Assembly: GCA_024655885.1 (NCBI GenBank)
Contig: JANLFN010000005.1
Location: forward strand, 116,007-180,006
Source: Eubacteriales bacterium
GTDB taxonomy: Bacteria; Bacillota; Clostridia; Acetivibrionales; JANLFN01
DNA length: 64,000 bases
Reading direction: 5' to 3'
Part shown: piece by piece, positions 7,970 through 16,274 of the stretch
Numbering within the stretch: position 1 is the first letter of the stretch
Layout of the letters: every line of letters starts with the position of its first letter
Translations under genes and position numbers: made by a program
The notes under the pieces: generated by a model
The model's input: the letters and a program-made list of their open reading frames with translations, nothing else
Told to the model about the DNA's origin: nothing
Databases searched by the model: none

Positions 7970-9753
7970 CGATGGTAAACTTGACAATCAACAACAAAAA
8001 GATATGTGCGGCAGAGGAAATGACCATTCTTGAGGCGGCAAAGCAGAATAACATATTAATCCCCCATTTTTGCTCCATGGAGGGGATCCACCAGATAGGC
8101 TCATGCAGGATATGCGTCGTCGAGGTGGAGGGTGAAAAGACACTGCAGGCCTCCTGCAAGATCCGTGTAAAAGAGGGAATGGTTGTTTATACGAATACCG
8201 AAAAAGTGAAAAAAGCCCGGAAGCTGTTATATGAGCTGATGCTTTCCGACCACCCCAAGGACTGTTTAAATTGTACCAGAAACCAGAACTGTGAGTTTCA
8301 ACGGCTTGGTGAAATCATACAGGTCAGTGAATCCAGGTTTGAAGGCGAAAAATCGAAACCGGACAGGGACGATTCTTCTCCCTCCATCGTCAGGGATACC
8401 GCCAAATGCATCCTGTGCAGGCGCTGTGTAACCGTATGCAACGATGTGCAGGAAATTGGGGTGCTGAATGTTCAAAAACGCGGGTTTCATTCATTTGTGG
8501 GTCCAGCGGCGGGGCTTCCGCTCAACAGCGTCAACTGCACCTACTGCGGGCAGTGCATTAATGTTTGTCCTGTGGGAGCGCTGCAGGAAAAGGATTCCAC
8601 CCAGATGGTGTGGAATGCCCTGTATGACAGAAACAAGAGGGTCATAGTGCAAACCGCTCCTTCGGTGAGGGTGTCCCTTGGAGAAGAATTCGGATACGAA
8701 CCGGGTACGGTTGTGACGGGAAAAATGGTTACGGCCCTCCGTGATATAGGTTTTAACGATGTTTTTGATACAAGCTTTGGAGCGGATTTGACAGTTCTGG
8801 AAGAAAGCCATGAGCTGTTAAAGAGGATAAAAAATTCCTTTCTGGCAAAACAAGCGGCGCTGCCTATGATAACAAGCTGCAGTCCGGGCTGGATCAAGTA
8901 TTTCGAGCATGTTTTTCCCGAAAGGCTGGAACACCTGTCTACCTGCAAATCTCCCCACATGATGCTTGGGGCTTTGATAAAAACGTACTATGCGGATAAA
9001 ATAAAAGTAAATCCAAAGGATATTTTTGTAGTTTCGGTCATGCCGTGTACGGCAAAGAAATTTGAAATCACGAGACCTGAGCTGAAAAATAACGGCTTTC
9101 CCAATGTAGATGCGGTTTTGACAACCCGGGAGCTGGCGAGGATGATAAAAGAAGCGGGAATCGATTTCAGGAATCTGGAGGAGGGCGAATTTGATACTCC
9201 TCTGGGAATATCGGCAGGAGCGGGCAACCTGTTCGGAGCGGCCGGAGGCGTAGCGGAAGCGGTTTTAAGAACCGTTTACAGGACGGTCACGGGAAGGGAG
9301 CTTCAGCCGGGAATGGTTCACATACGTTCCATAAAAGGACAGGAGCACATCAAAGCCCTTGAGGTGAAAATAGAGAACACGGTGGAGGAATACAGGTTCA
9401 TAGACGGTGAAACACTTAAAGTGGCTGCAGCAAGCGGCATGAAGGGGATGAAAGCCTTTATGGAACAGCTGGAGGACGGTACCTCCCCGTACCACTTCAT
9501 TGAAGTTATGGGATGCCCCGGCGGTTGTATAAACGGCGGCGGGCAGCCGAGACCCAGCAACGAGTATGTGAGGAAAAAGCGTATGGAAGCGGTTCACAGC
9601 ATCGACAGGGGCAAAGCCTTAAGAGGCTCTCATGAAAATCCGGCCATAGCAAAGCTGTATGAGGAATTCCTGGCCGAACCGCTGGGAAAGAAGTCCGGTG
9701 AGCTGCTGCATACCAAATACACAAAAAGAGGAATCTATAACGAACTTATCTAA
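7966..9753 (+). CDS. hydA: [FeFe]-hydrogenase catalytic subunit, M3-type (2Fe-2S, His-ligated 4Fe-4S, 2x4Fe-4S, H-domain)
   Basis: Motifs HPKDCLNCTRNQNC, MPCTAKKFE and EVMGCPGGCINGGGQP are present. The first H-cluster motif reads TSCSPGW. The ATG at 7966 overlaps the hydB stop (ATGA). Confidence 0.9.
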   Translation: MTMVNLTINNKKICAAEEMTILEAAKQNNILIPHFCSMEGIHQIGSCRICVVEVEGEKTLQASCKIRVKEGMVVYTNTEKVKKARKLLYELMLSDHPKDCLNCTRNQNCEFQRLGEIIQVSESRFEGEKSKPDRDDSSPSIVRDTAKCILCRRCVTVCNDVQEIGVLNVQKRGFHSFVGPAAGLPLNSVNCTYCGQCINVCPVGALQEKDSTQMVWNALYDRNKRVIVQTAPSVRVSLGEEFGYEPGTVVTGKMVTALRDIGFNDVFDTSFGADLTVLEESHELLKRIKNSFLAKQAALPMITSCSPGWIKYFEHVFPERLEHLSTCKSPHMMLGALIKTYYADKIKVNPKDIFVVSVMPCTAKKFEITRPELKNNGFPNVDAVLTTRELARMIKEAGIDFRNLEEGEFDTPLGISAGAGNLFGAAGGVAEAVLRTVYRTVTGRELQPGMVHIRSIKGQEHIKALEVKIENTVEEYRFIDGETLKVAAASGMKGMKAFMEQLEDGTSPYHFIEVMGCPGGCINGGGQPRPSNEYVRKKRMEAVHSIDRGKALRGSHENPAIAKLYEEFLAEPLGKKSGELLHTKYTKRGIYNELI

Positions 9754-9758
9754 AGACA

Positions 9759-9826
9759 AGAGACAAGGGGACGGTTCTTCTGTCTGGTTTCACCAGACAG
9801 AAGAACCGTCCCCTTGTCTCTTTTTG
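9759..9826 (+). terminator. REP-like palindrome acting as the hydA terminator (30-bp perfect stem, then T-run)
   Basis: Arms 9759-9788 and 9792-9821 are exact reverse complements and are followed by TTTTT. The unit GACAAGGGGACGGTTCTT is shared with 49-115. Confidence 0.85.
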
Positions 9827-9919
9827 TATTTCGCTTATTGTTAAATCATTAACAACATGGTATAATTTCATCAGATGGTTATTAATTTAACAATAACTTA
9901 GGTGAGCTGAGGTGTTCAT

Positions 9920-10273
9920 ATGAAACTTGGGGAGGTAATTAAAATACTTGATGCCGAGCTCCTGGCGGACTGCGGGAATCTTGACCTGGATGTATGCTCG
10001 GCTTGCGGCTCGGATTTAATGAGTGATGTTATGGCGTTTGTAAAGGAAAATGTGCTGCTCTTGACAGGGCTTGTGAATCCCCAGGTCATACGGACCGCTG
10101 AAATGATGGATATTAAAGCGGTGGTTTTTGTCCGGGGAAAATGTCCCGGAGAGAATATTGTACAACTTGCCAAAGAGAAAGGCATTACCGTTTTTACGAC
10201 AAAACACTCCATGTTTACTGCGTGCGGAAAGCTTTACAGCTCCGGAGTTACCGGAAAAGGAGCGGCGGATTGA
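9920..10273 (+). CDS. DRTGG domain protein (117 aa)
   Basis: Size and pattern (…LLLTGLVNPQVIRTAEMMDIKAVVFVRG…) are typical of stand-alone DRTGG proteins found in hydrogenase loci. GAGGTG RBS. Confidence 0.7.
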   Translation: MKLGEVIKILDAELLADCGNLDLDVCSACGSDLMSDVMAFVKENVLLLTGLVNPQVIRTAEMMDIKAVVFVRGKCPGENIVQLAKEKGITVFTTKHSMFTACGKLYSSGVTGKGAAD

Positions 10274-10704
10274 GCGGGAAGGTTATCAAGCTTCATTTTA
10301 CGATTGATGCCCATGATTTTTCATTGGCCGGTGAGGCGTCCAGCAGCACGAAAAAAATGCTTAACCAGTTAGGGATAAGCCCTTTGATCATAAAAAAAGC
10401 TGCCATTGCCATGTATGAAGCTGAAATTAATGCCTTTATACATGCAAACGGCGGTGAAGCGGACGTTGAAATCGGGGTTGACAGGATCGTGATAACCGTT
10501 CGCGACGAAGGTCCGGGAATTGCGGACCTTGACCTGGCCATGCAGGAAGGGTATTCCACAGCGCCTGACAAAGTCAGGGAGTTGGGTTTTGGCGCAGGAA
10601 TGGGTCTGCCGAATATGAAGCGGTATTCCGACAGATTGGAGATAAAAACGGAAGTGGGCAGGGGGACTACGGTGACCATGACGGTGTATGTTAGGGAGGG
10701 CTGA
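10270..10704 (+). CDS. RsbW/SpoIIAB-type GHKL serine-protein kinase ('anti-sigma regulatory factor' family)
   Basis: HATPase motifs are present: EAEINAFIHA (N-box region), RDEGPGI (G1) and GFGAGMGLPNM (G2). TTG 10270 overlaps the upstream stop, and AAAGGAG lies upstream. Confidence 0.75.
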   Translation: MSGKVIKLHFTIDAHDFSLAGEASSSTKKMLNQLGISPLIIKKAAIAMYEAEINAFIHANGGEADVEIGVDRIVITVRDEGPGIADLDLAMQEGYSTAPDKVRELGFGAGMGLPNMKRYSDRLEIKTEVGRGTTVTMTVYVREG

Positions 10705-10810
10705 AAAAGCAGTTTAGAGTTGAATGTTTCAGGTCGAAAGCGGAAAAAACGGGTTAGCGTGGAAAGTTGAAAGTAGAGGGATAAAGGGTTGAGGGGTGAG
10801 CGGTGAGATC

Positions 10811-12151
10811 ATGGAGAAATATTATCATTCGGTTACTTTAAATGAAGAAAAGTGCAGAGGATGTACCAATTGCATTAAGAGATGCCCTACCGAGGCCATA
10901 AGGGTCAGAAAGAGCAAGGCAAGGATTATTGACGAGAGATGTATCGACTGCGGGGAATGTATCAGGATATGCCCATATCATGCTAAGAATGCCATTACCG
11001 ACCCTGTGGAAGCCATATACAAATTCAGGTACACTATTGCCATACCTGCACCGTCCCTCTATGGACAGTATAAAACCGTTTTTTCGAGGAACCGGATTCT
11101 CAACGCTTTTAAGCCTATGGGCTTCGACCGGGTGTATGAGGTGGCGAGAGCGGCGGAGATTGTAAGTGAAGCCACAAGGAAGCTTTTAAAAAAGGAGAAT
11201 ATTAAAAAACCTCTGATATCTTCAGCCTGTCCGGCAGTGGTGAGGCTTATTCAGGTGAGGTTTCCCAGCTTGATCGACAATGTGGTCAAACTGGAATCCC
11301 CCATGGAGGTGGCGGCCAAAATTGCAAAAAACAAGGCGGCCCATGAGGAAAACATACCACTGGAGGAGATAGGAGTTTTTTTTATTAGCCCTTGTGCCGC
11401 AAAGGCTACCAGTGTAAAGGTGCCTTATGGGGCTGCAAAATCAAATGTGGACGGAGTGATATCCATAAAGGACATTTATCTCAAGCTGCTTAACAGCATG
11501 GAAAGGAATCCGGTAAGGGAGGACCTGGAACAGGCATGCCAGGAGGGGATAAGATGGGCCAATCCCAGTGGGGAAAGCTCTGCCCTAGGAACCGAAAAGT
11601 TTTTGGCCGTAGATGGTATCCATAATGTGATCACAATACTGGAAGAGATTGAAAATGACAGGCTTGAAGACATAGATTTTGTGGAGGCACTGGCGTGTAC
11701 AGGAGGCTGCCTGGGAGGCCCGTTGACCGTTGAAAATGCCTATGTGGCCAAAAACAGGCTTGGAAGGCATATTGAAGAAGCCCGGTTAAAAGGGATATCC
11801 AAAAGCAGGAACGAAAAAATTGAGGACGACCTGGTGTGGACCGGAAGCATCGAACATAAGCCTGTGATGAAGCTTGACACGGATTTGGTGAAAGCCATGA
11901 AGAAACTGGAAGCGCTGGAGCTCATAAACGACGGATTGCCCGGACTGGACTGCGGCGCATGCGGGGCTCCAAGCTGCAGGGCCCTGGCGGAAGATATTGT
12001 CAGGGGGAACGCAAATGAGACGGACTGCATATTTAAGCTGAGGGAAAAGGTAAGGGATCTGGCCGCCCAGATGGTTGAACTGGAAGCGAAGATGCCTCCC
12101 GTGATGGATAAAAGCGGCGATAGCCAGGAGCAGGTGAAAAAACAGCGCTGA
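10811..12151 (+). CDS. HydS-like (putative sensory) [FeFe]-hydrogenase homologue: 2x4Fe-4S, H-domain, C-terminal Cx2Cx4Cx16C Fe-S domain
   Basis: N-terminal CRGCTNCIKRCP and CIDCGECIRICP. H-domain motifs read SSACPAV (versus TSCCPxW), SPCAAKA (versus MPCxxK) and ALACTGGCLGGP. C-terminal CGACGAPSCRALAEDIVRGNANETDC. No PAS domain. Confidence 0.8.
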   Translation: MEKYYHSVTLNEEKCRGCTNCIKRCPTEAIRVRKSKARIIDERCIDCGECIRICPYHAKNAITDPVEAIYKFRYTIAIPAPSLYGQYKTVFSRNRILNAFKPMGFDRVYEVARAAEIVSEATRKLLKKENIKKPLISSACPAVVRLIQVRFPSLIDNVVKLESPMEVAAKIAKNKAAHEENIPLEEIGVFFISPCAAKATSVKVPYGAAKSNVDGVISIKDIYLKLLNSMERNPVREDLEQACQEGIRWANPSGESSALGTEKFLAVDGIHNVITILEEIENDRLEDIDFVEALACTGGCLGGPLTVENAYVAKNRLGRHIEEARLKGISKSRNEKIEDDLVWTGSIEHKPVMKLDTDLVKAMKKLEALELINDGLPGLDCGACGAPSCRALAEDIVRGNANETDCIFKLREKVRDLAAQMVELEAKMPPVMDKSGDSQEQVKKQR

Positions 12152-12204
12152 TTTGCTTATGATAAAATTTGGCCGCATTGAAAATTTTATGGGGAGTGGA
12201 GTTA

Positions 12205-12540
12205 TTGAAGGTAAAGGAATTTGCAGAGAAGCTTGAATTGAAACGGTTAACGGGAGAATCCGGCCTGGATAAAGAGATTACAGGGGTATACGCCTGTGAC
12301 CTGTTGAGCTGGGTCATGTCCCATGCCGTAAAGGGCAATATATGGATTACGGTTATTACCAACATCAATATTGTTGCCGTGGCGGTCTTGACAGAGGTCT
12401 CCTGCATCATTGTCCCCGAAGGCCTGAAAGTGGAAAACGTCACGATTAAAAAGGCACAGCAGCAGGGAATTGCCATTTTGAGCAGTAGTATGGACACGTA
12501 CGGAATCTGCTGTAGGGCTTACACCTTATTGGGGAAGTAG
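12205..12540 (+). CDS. DRTGG domain protein, second paralogue
   Basis: The ORF is similar in size and pattern to 9920-10273. The start is uncertain: TTG 12205 after GGAGTGGAG, with alternatives TTG 12169 and GTG 12196. Confidence 0.6.
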   Translation: MKVKEFAEKLELKRLTGESGLDKEITGVYACDLLSWVMSHAVKGNIWITVITNINIVAVAVLTEVSCIIVPEGLKVENVTIKKAQQQGIAILSSSMDTYGICCRAYTLLGK

Positions 12541-12598
12541 TAACCCCTTGCTTTGTATTGGACAGGGAATAAAATTTCAGCCATGACGCAACTTTTTA

Positions 12599-12627
12599 TT
12601 GGACAAGAGGGAAAGGTATGATACAAT
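12599..12627 (+). promoter_or_regulatory. sigma-A-type promoter TTGGAC-17-TGaTACAAT
   Basis: Read directly, ~130 nt upstream of the PHP gene. Confidence 0.45.
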
Positions 12628-12759
12628 AAGGAATGCATTGGATTGAGCCTAGCGCCGCAATGAAAAAGTGGTATTAGTGACAAAACCGCGGCATTTCGTT
12701 GATTGCATATATTGGGAGCTTAAACGCCAGGCAATTTTTATTTTGAAGGTGGGGTTCTA

Positions 12760-13473
12760 TTGAGAACAGCGGTGGACCTTCATATTCATTCCGCACTTTC
12801 TCCCTGTTCGGAAAAGGATATGACACCCAATAATATTGTGAATATGGCTTGTTTGAAAGGTCTGGATATAATCGCTGTAACCGACCACAATTCAATGGAA
12901 AATTATTTGTCGGTGTTAAAGTGCGGGAGGGGGAAAAAAATTCTCATTGTTCCGGCTATGGAAATAGAGAGCAGGGAAGAAATTCACCTTTTGAGCTTTT
13001 TCTCTGATTTTGCTGCCGCCCAAAGCATGCAGCGGATTGTAAGCGACGCCCTGATGAAAGTGGAAAACAGAGAGGATATATTCGGCCGGCAGCTGGTGAT
13101 GGACGAATGGGACAACTTAAAGGGCACGGTGAAACATCTGCTGCTGACCGCAACGGAATTAGGCATCGAGGATATCATTGACCTGGTGGACGGCCTGGGC
13201 GGAGTGGTAATACCTGCCCATGTGGACAGGGAATCCAACAGCATCCTTTCCAATCTGGGGGCCATACCGGAGGATTTAAAAATCAATTATCTTGAAATAT
13301 CGGCGGAATGCAACCTTGAAGAGTATATTAAAAAGAATCCCCAGCTGTCCCGGTACCATTTTATACGGTCGTCGGACGCCCACCATCTGGGGGATATTCT
13401 GGAGAGGGAAAGTTTCCTCGACCTGGAGGAAGCAAGTGCGGCATGCCTGATTGACCTTCTTAAAAGGAAATAA
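12760..13473 (+). CDS. PHP-domain metal-dependent phosphoesterase
   Basis: N-terminal DLHIHSALSPC...AVTDHNS and later PAHVDR and SSDAHH metal-ligand motifs. TTG start after AAGGTGG. Confidence 0.8.
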   Translation: MRTAVDLHIHSALSPCSEKDMTPNNIVNMACLKGLDIIAVTDHNSMENYLSVLKCGRGKKILIVPAMEIESREEIHLLSFFSDFAAAQSMQRIVSDALMKVENREDIFGRQLVMDEWDNLKGTVKHLLLTATELGIEDIIDLVDGLGGVVIPAHVDRESNSILSNLGAIPEDLKINYLEISAECNLEEYIKKNPQLSRYHFIRSSDAHHLGDILERESFLDLEEASAACLIDLLKRK

Positions 13474-13523
13474 AATTCCATCCCAATTTAAAATAAAAAG
13501 TTGGAGAAAAACATATTTTTATG

Positions 13524-13552
13524 TTGATTATAGCAAAACCATTTGTTATAAT
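13524..13552 (+). promoter_or_regulatory. sigma-A-type promoter TTGATT-17-TGtTATAAT
   Basis: Near-consensus -35 element, 17-nt spacing and extended -10 element, ~60 nt upstream of 13611. Confidence 0.6.
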
Positions 13553-13610
13553 ATTAACAGATATAGTTAAAATATTAACGAAAAAATATTCTCAAAGGAC
13601 ATAAAAGCAG

Positions 13611-14180
13611 ATGAGGGACTTATCGCTGCACCTGATGGATATACTGCAAAATTCCATAGCGGCAAAAGCCAGCAAAATTTCGGTTTTTATATATACGGAT
13701 ACTGTGCAGGACGAGCTTAGAATAGTGGTTGAGGATAATGGGATGGGTATGGAACCGGAACAACTGGACCTTGTTGCTGATCCGTTTGCCACCAGCCGGA
13801 GCAGCAGGGAGGTAGGGCTGGGAATCCCTTTGTTCAAAGCTTCCGCCGAGAGAGCGTCCGGTTGCCTGACCATTGAATCAATGAAAGGCAAAGGCACCAT
13901 TGTGACGGCCACGTTTAAAATCAGCCATATAGACAGGCTGCCCTTGGGGAATGTGGCTGAGACCATGGTGCACGTCATACTGTCAAACCCGCAGTTGGAA
14001 GTGGAATTGACCCTGCATGACAGCCGTGACGGCAGTTTTCATTTCAGTTCGGCTTATATCAATGAGATGCTGGGAGAAGTTTCTATTTCGGATTATGAAA
14101 TAATCACCTGGATAAGGGATTATATAGATGAAGGCATTAAGTCAAATTTTGGAGGTGTATTGAATGAAATCGATTATTGA
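13611..14180 (+). CDS. GHKL (histidine-kinase-like) ATPase domain protein of the type found in multimeric hydrogenase operons
   Basis: Motifs LQNSIAA, EDNGMGM and GLGIPLF are present. There is no sensor or DHp domain. Confidence 0.7.
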   Translation: MRDLSLHLMDILQNSIAAKASKISVFIYTDTVQDELRIVVEDNGMGMEPEQLDLVADPFATSRSSREVGLGIPLFKASAERASGCLTIESMKGKGTIVTATFKISHIDRLPLGNVAETMVHVILSNPQLEVELTLHDSRDGSFHFSSAYINEMLGEVSISDYEIITWIRDYIDEGIKSNFGGVLNEIDY

Positions 14181-14550
14181 ATTGGAAGAAATAAGGAAGA
14201 AAACCTTTGAAAGAATAGGGATGAGGAAAAATAAAACGGGTACAAGAGTCCTGGTGGGAATGGCGACTTGCGGTATAGCGGCGGGTGCCAGGCCGGTAAT
14301 GGATGCCTTTGTGAAGGAATTAAAGAAAAGGAGCATCAGCGATGCGACCGTTGCAATGATGGGGTGCATCGGTGCTTGCAGGCTTGAGCCCATTGTGGAA
14401 ATAATTGACCCCCACGGGAGCCGGGTCACCTATGTCAAAATGACCCCTGAAAAAGCCGCCCGGGTAGTGGCCGAACACATTGTGAACGGCCGGGTGTGCC
14501 TTGACTATACCATGGGTGAGGCGGAAAGGGCTGAGAAGGCTGAGGGCTGA
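14164..14550 (+). CDS. thioredoxin-like [2Fe-2S] ferredoxin (NuoE-C-terminal-like)
   Basis: Motifs GMATCGIAAGA and GCIGACRLEP are present. The ORF overlaps the upstream gene by 17 nt. The C-terminal tail AERAEKAEG is encoded by purine-rich repeat words. Confidence 0.8.
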   Translation: MKSIIELEEIRKKTFERIGMRKNKTGTRVLVGMATCGIAAGARPVMDAFVKELKKRSISDATVAMMGCIGACRLEPIVEIIDPHGSRVTYVKMTPEKAARVVAEHIVNGRVCLDYTMGEAERAEKAEG

Positions 14551-14669
14551 GGTTGGAGAAGGGCGTTGAAGAAAGACAAGGTTAAGAAGTTAAATGAACC
14601 TTGAGTGGCTCATAAGAATTGCTTCAACCTCACCTTTGAACGGCTCATAAGGGTAGCTCCAACCTCAGC
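14539..14669 (+). repeat. structured purine-rich intergenic element with nested long-range inverted repeats
   Basis: GCTGAGGTTGGAG (14546-14558) pairs perfectly with CTCCAACCTCAGC (14657-14669). GTTGAAG (14565-14571) pairs with CTTCAAC (14622-14628). The direct repeat GGCTCATAAG occurs at 14607 and 14642. Confidence 0.6.
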
Positions 14670-14776
14670 GGTTATAAGCGGTAAAGCCAGGCCTGCACGT
14701 TTGAGAAATTTGTGCAGGCTTGACTTTATTTCTGTTTATTTGGGATAATAAGGGATAGAGGAAAAGGAGGAGAATC

Positions 14777-15178
14777 ATGGAGGATATTGAAGTTGTCGGA
14801 GCTGCAATCAGGGATGGCGGCAGGATCCTGGCAGCCCAGAGGTCGCCGGTCATGTCCTCTGCATTAAAATGGGAATTCGTAGGAGGCAAGGTGGAAGTCA
14901 ATGAAACCCACAGACAGGCACTGCGCAGGGAAGTTTTTGAAGAGCTGGGCGTACGGATAAAGGTGAACCGGTATATTGCTTCGGGAACTTCTACGGTCGA
15001 AGGAAAGAAGATCCGCCTTCATGTGTACGAGGCGGAAATAATAGAAGGTACACCCCAGGCCAGGGAACACTCTCAGATTCAATGGATAAATATTAAGGAC
15101 ATGGAAAAACTGGATTGGGCCGATGCCGACATTCCAGCCTCTAAAAGGCTGCAGGAGTTGTATGGTCATGGGAAATGA
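14777..15178 (+). CDS. NUDIX hydrolase, MutT-like (8-oxo-dGTP diphosphatase family)
   Basis: Nudix box GGKVEVNETHRQALRREVFEELGV in a 133-aa protein. Confidence 0.85.
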   Translation: MEDIEVVGAAIRDGGRILAAQRSPVMSSALKWEFVGGKVEVNETHRQALRREVFEELGVRIKVNRYIASGTSTVEGKKIRLHVYEAEIIEGTPQAREHSQIQWINIKDMEKLDWADADIPASKRLQELYGHGK

Positions 15179-15214
15179 TGAAAAAAGGTATTCTTTGTGA
15201 AATATATAATTAAA

Positions 15215-15243
15215 TTGACAACTGGAAAGGCAAATACTAAAAT
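15215..15243 (+). promoter_or_regulatory. sigma-A-type promoter TTGACA-17-TAAAAT upstream of fabI
   Basis: Read directly. Confidence 0.55.
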
Positions 15244-15305
15244 AGATTGGATACGCTAAAGAATTTACTTTGCTGTATGACTTTAATAAAGAGGAGAACT
15301 TGTGA

Positions 15306-16082
15306 ATGGGAAAATTGTTAAAAAATAAAAACGTGTTGGTTATGGGCGTGAGGAACCGGTGGAGCATTGCCTGGGGGATCGTTAAAGCGGCACATAAGGA
15401 AGGTGCAACCCTTATTTTTACATACCAGGGGGAGAGGGAGAAGGAGGACGCCGAGAATTTGGCCGCGGCTTTGGGCTGCAAATCGGTTTACCCTTGCGAT
15501 ATCTCTTCCGATCAGGATATAGACGGCCTGTTTTCCAGGATTAAGGAGGAATACGGTGTCATTCACGGACTGGTACATGCCATAGCCTATGCAAAAAGTG
15601 AGGATATCCAGAATTCATTTATCCATACCTCGAGGGACGGATTTGCCATTGCCTTGAATATAAGCGTATATTCTCTTATCGCGGTGAGCCGCAGGGCGAA
15701 GGAGCTGATGACCGAAGGAGGAAGTATCATTACCCTGACTTATTTGGGTTCCGAAAGGGTTTTCCCGGGCTATAACGTGATGGGGGTAGCAAAAGCCGCT
15801 CTGGAGGCAAGCGTAAGGTACCTGGCCTATGACCTTGGGCCCCTGGGAATCAGGGTGAATGCCATTTCCGCAGGCCCCATAAAGACGCTTTCGGCTAAGG
15901 CAATCAAGAATTTTAGTGGAATACTGGATGATGTGGAAAAAAAAGCGCCCTTAAAAAGAGGGGTTACCCAGGAAGATTTAGGAGATGCGGCCCTGTACTT
16001 CCTCAGTGACCTGTCCAGGGCGACCACGGGTGAGGTGGTCCACGTGGACTGCGGCTACAGCGTCATGGGAGTAATGACGTGA
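15306..16082 (+). CDS. fabI: enoyl-[acyl-carrier-protein] reductase (NADH), FabI type
   Basis: 258 aa with the FabI-typical N-terminus KNVLVMGVRNRWSIAWGI and the Y..M...K catalytic region (PGYNVMGVAKAALE). Confidence 0.9.
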   Translation: MGKLLKNKNVLVMGVRNRWSIAWGIVKAAHKEGATLIFTYQGEREKEDAENLAAALGCKSVYPCDISSDQDIDGLFSRIKEEYGVIHGLVHAIAYAKSEDIQNSFIHTSRDGFAIALNISVYSLIAVSRRAKELMTEGGSIITLTYLGSERVFPGYNVMGVAKAALEASVRYLAYDLGPLGIRVNAISAGPIKTLSAKAIKNFSGILDDVEKKAPLKRGVTQEDLGDAALYFLSDLSRATTGEVVHVDCGYSVMGVMT

Positions 16083-16230
16083 GTTGAAGGCGAAGAGCCG
16101 AGGTTGGAGAGGACCCCGGAGAAGGACACTGGCGAGAGGTAAGGTTAAGGGAAAGATTGCAGAGAAAGCTGAGGGCTGAGACTGGAGAGCTTTGGATATA
16201 TATTGAAGTTAAAGTATTGCTAGAATATAA

Positions 16231-16265
16231 AAGGCAGCTCACTGAAACAGTGAACTGCCTTTTTA
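16231..16265. terminator. bidirectional hairpin terminator between fabI and the convergent aminotransferase gene
   Basis: GGCAGCTCACTG-aaa-CAGTGAACTGCC (one mismatch), flanked by an A-run and a T-run. Confidence 0.7.
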
Positions 16266-16274
16266 ATACCCTTG

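Noticed and set aside
14539-16180. The shared 13-mer GCTGAGGGCTGAG (14539 and 16168) as proof of a repeat family
   Set aside because: A 64-kb self-comparison is expected to yield tens of chance 13-mer matches. The match alone is not significant, so the repeat-family idea is reported only as a low-confidence compositional and structural observation.
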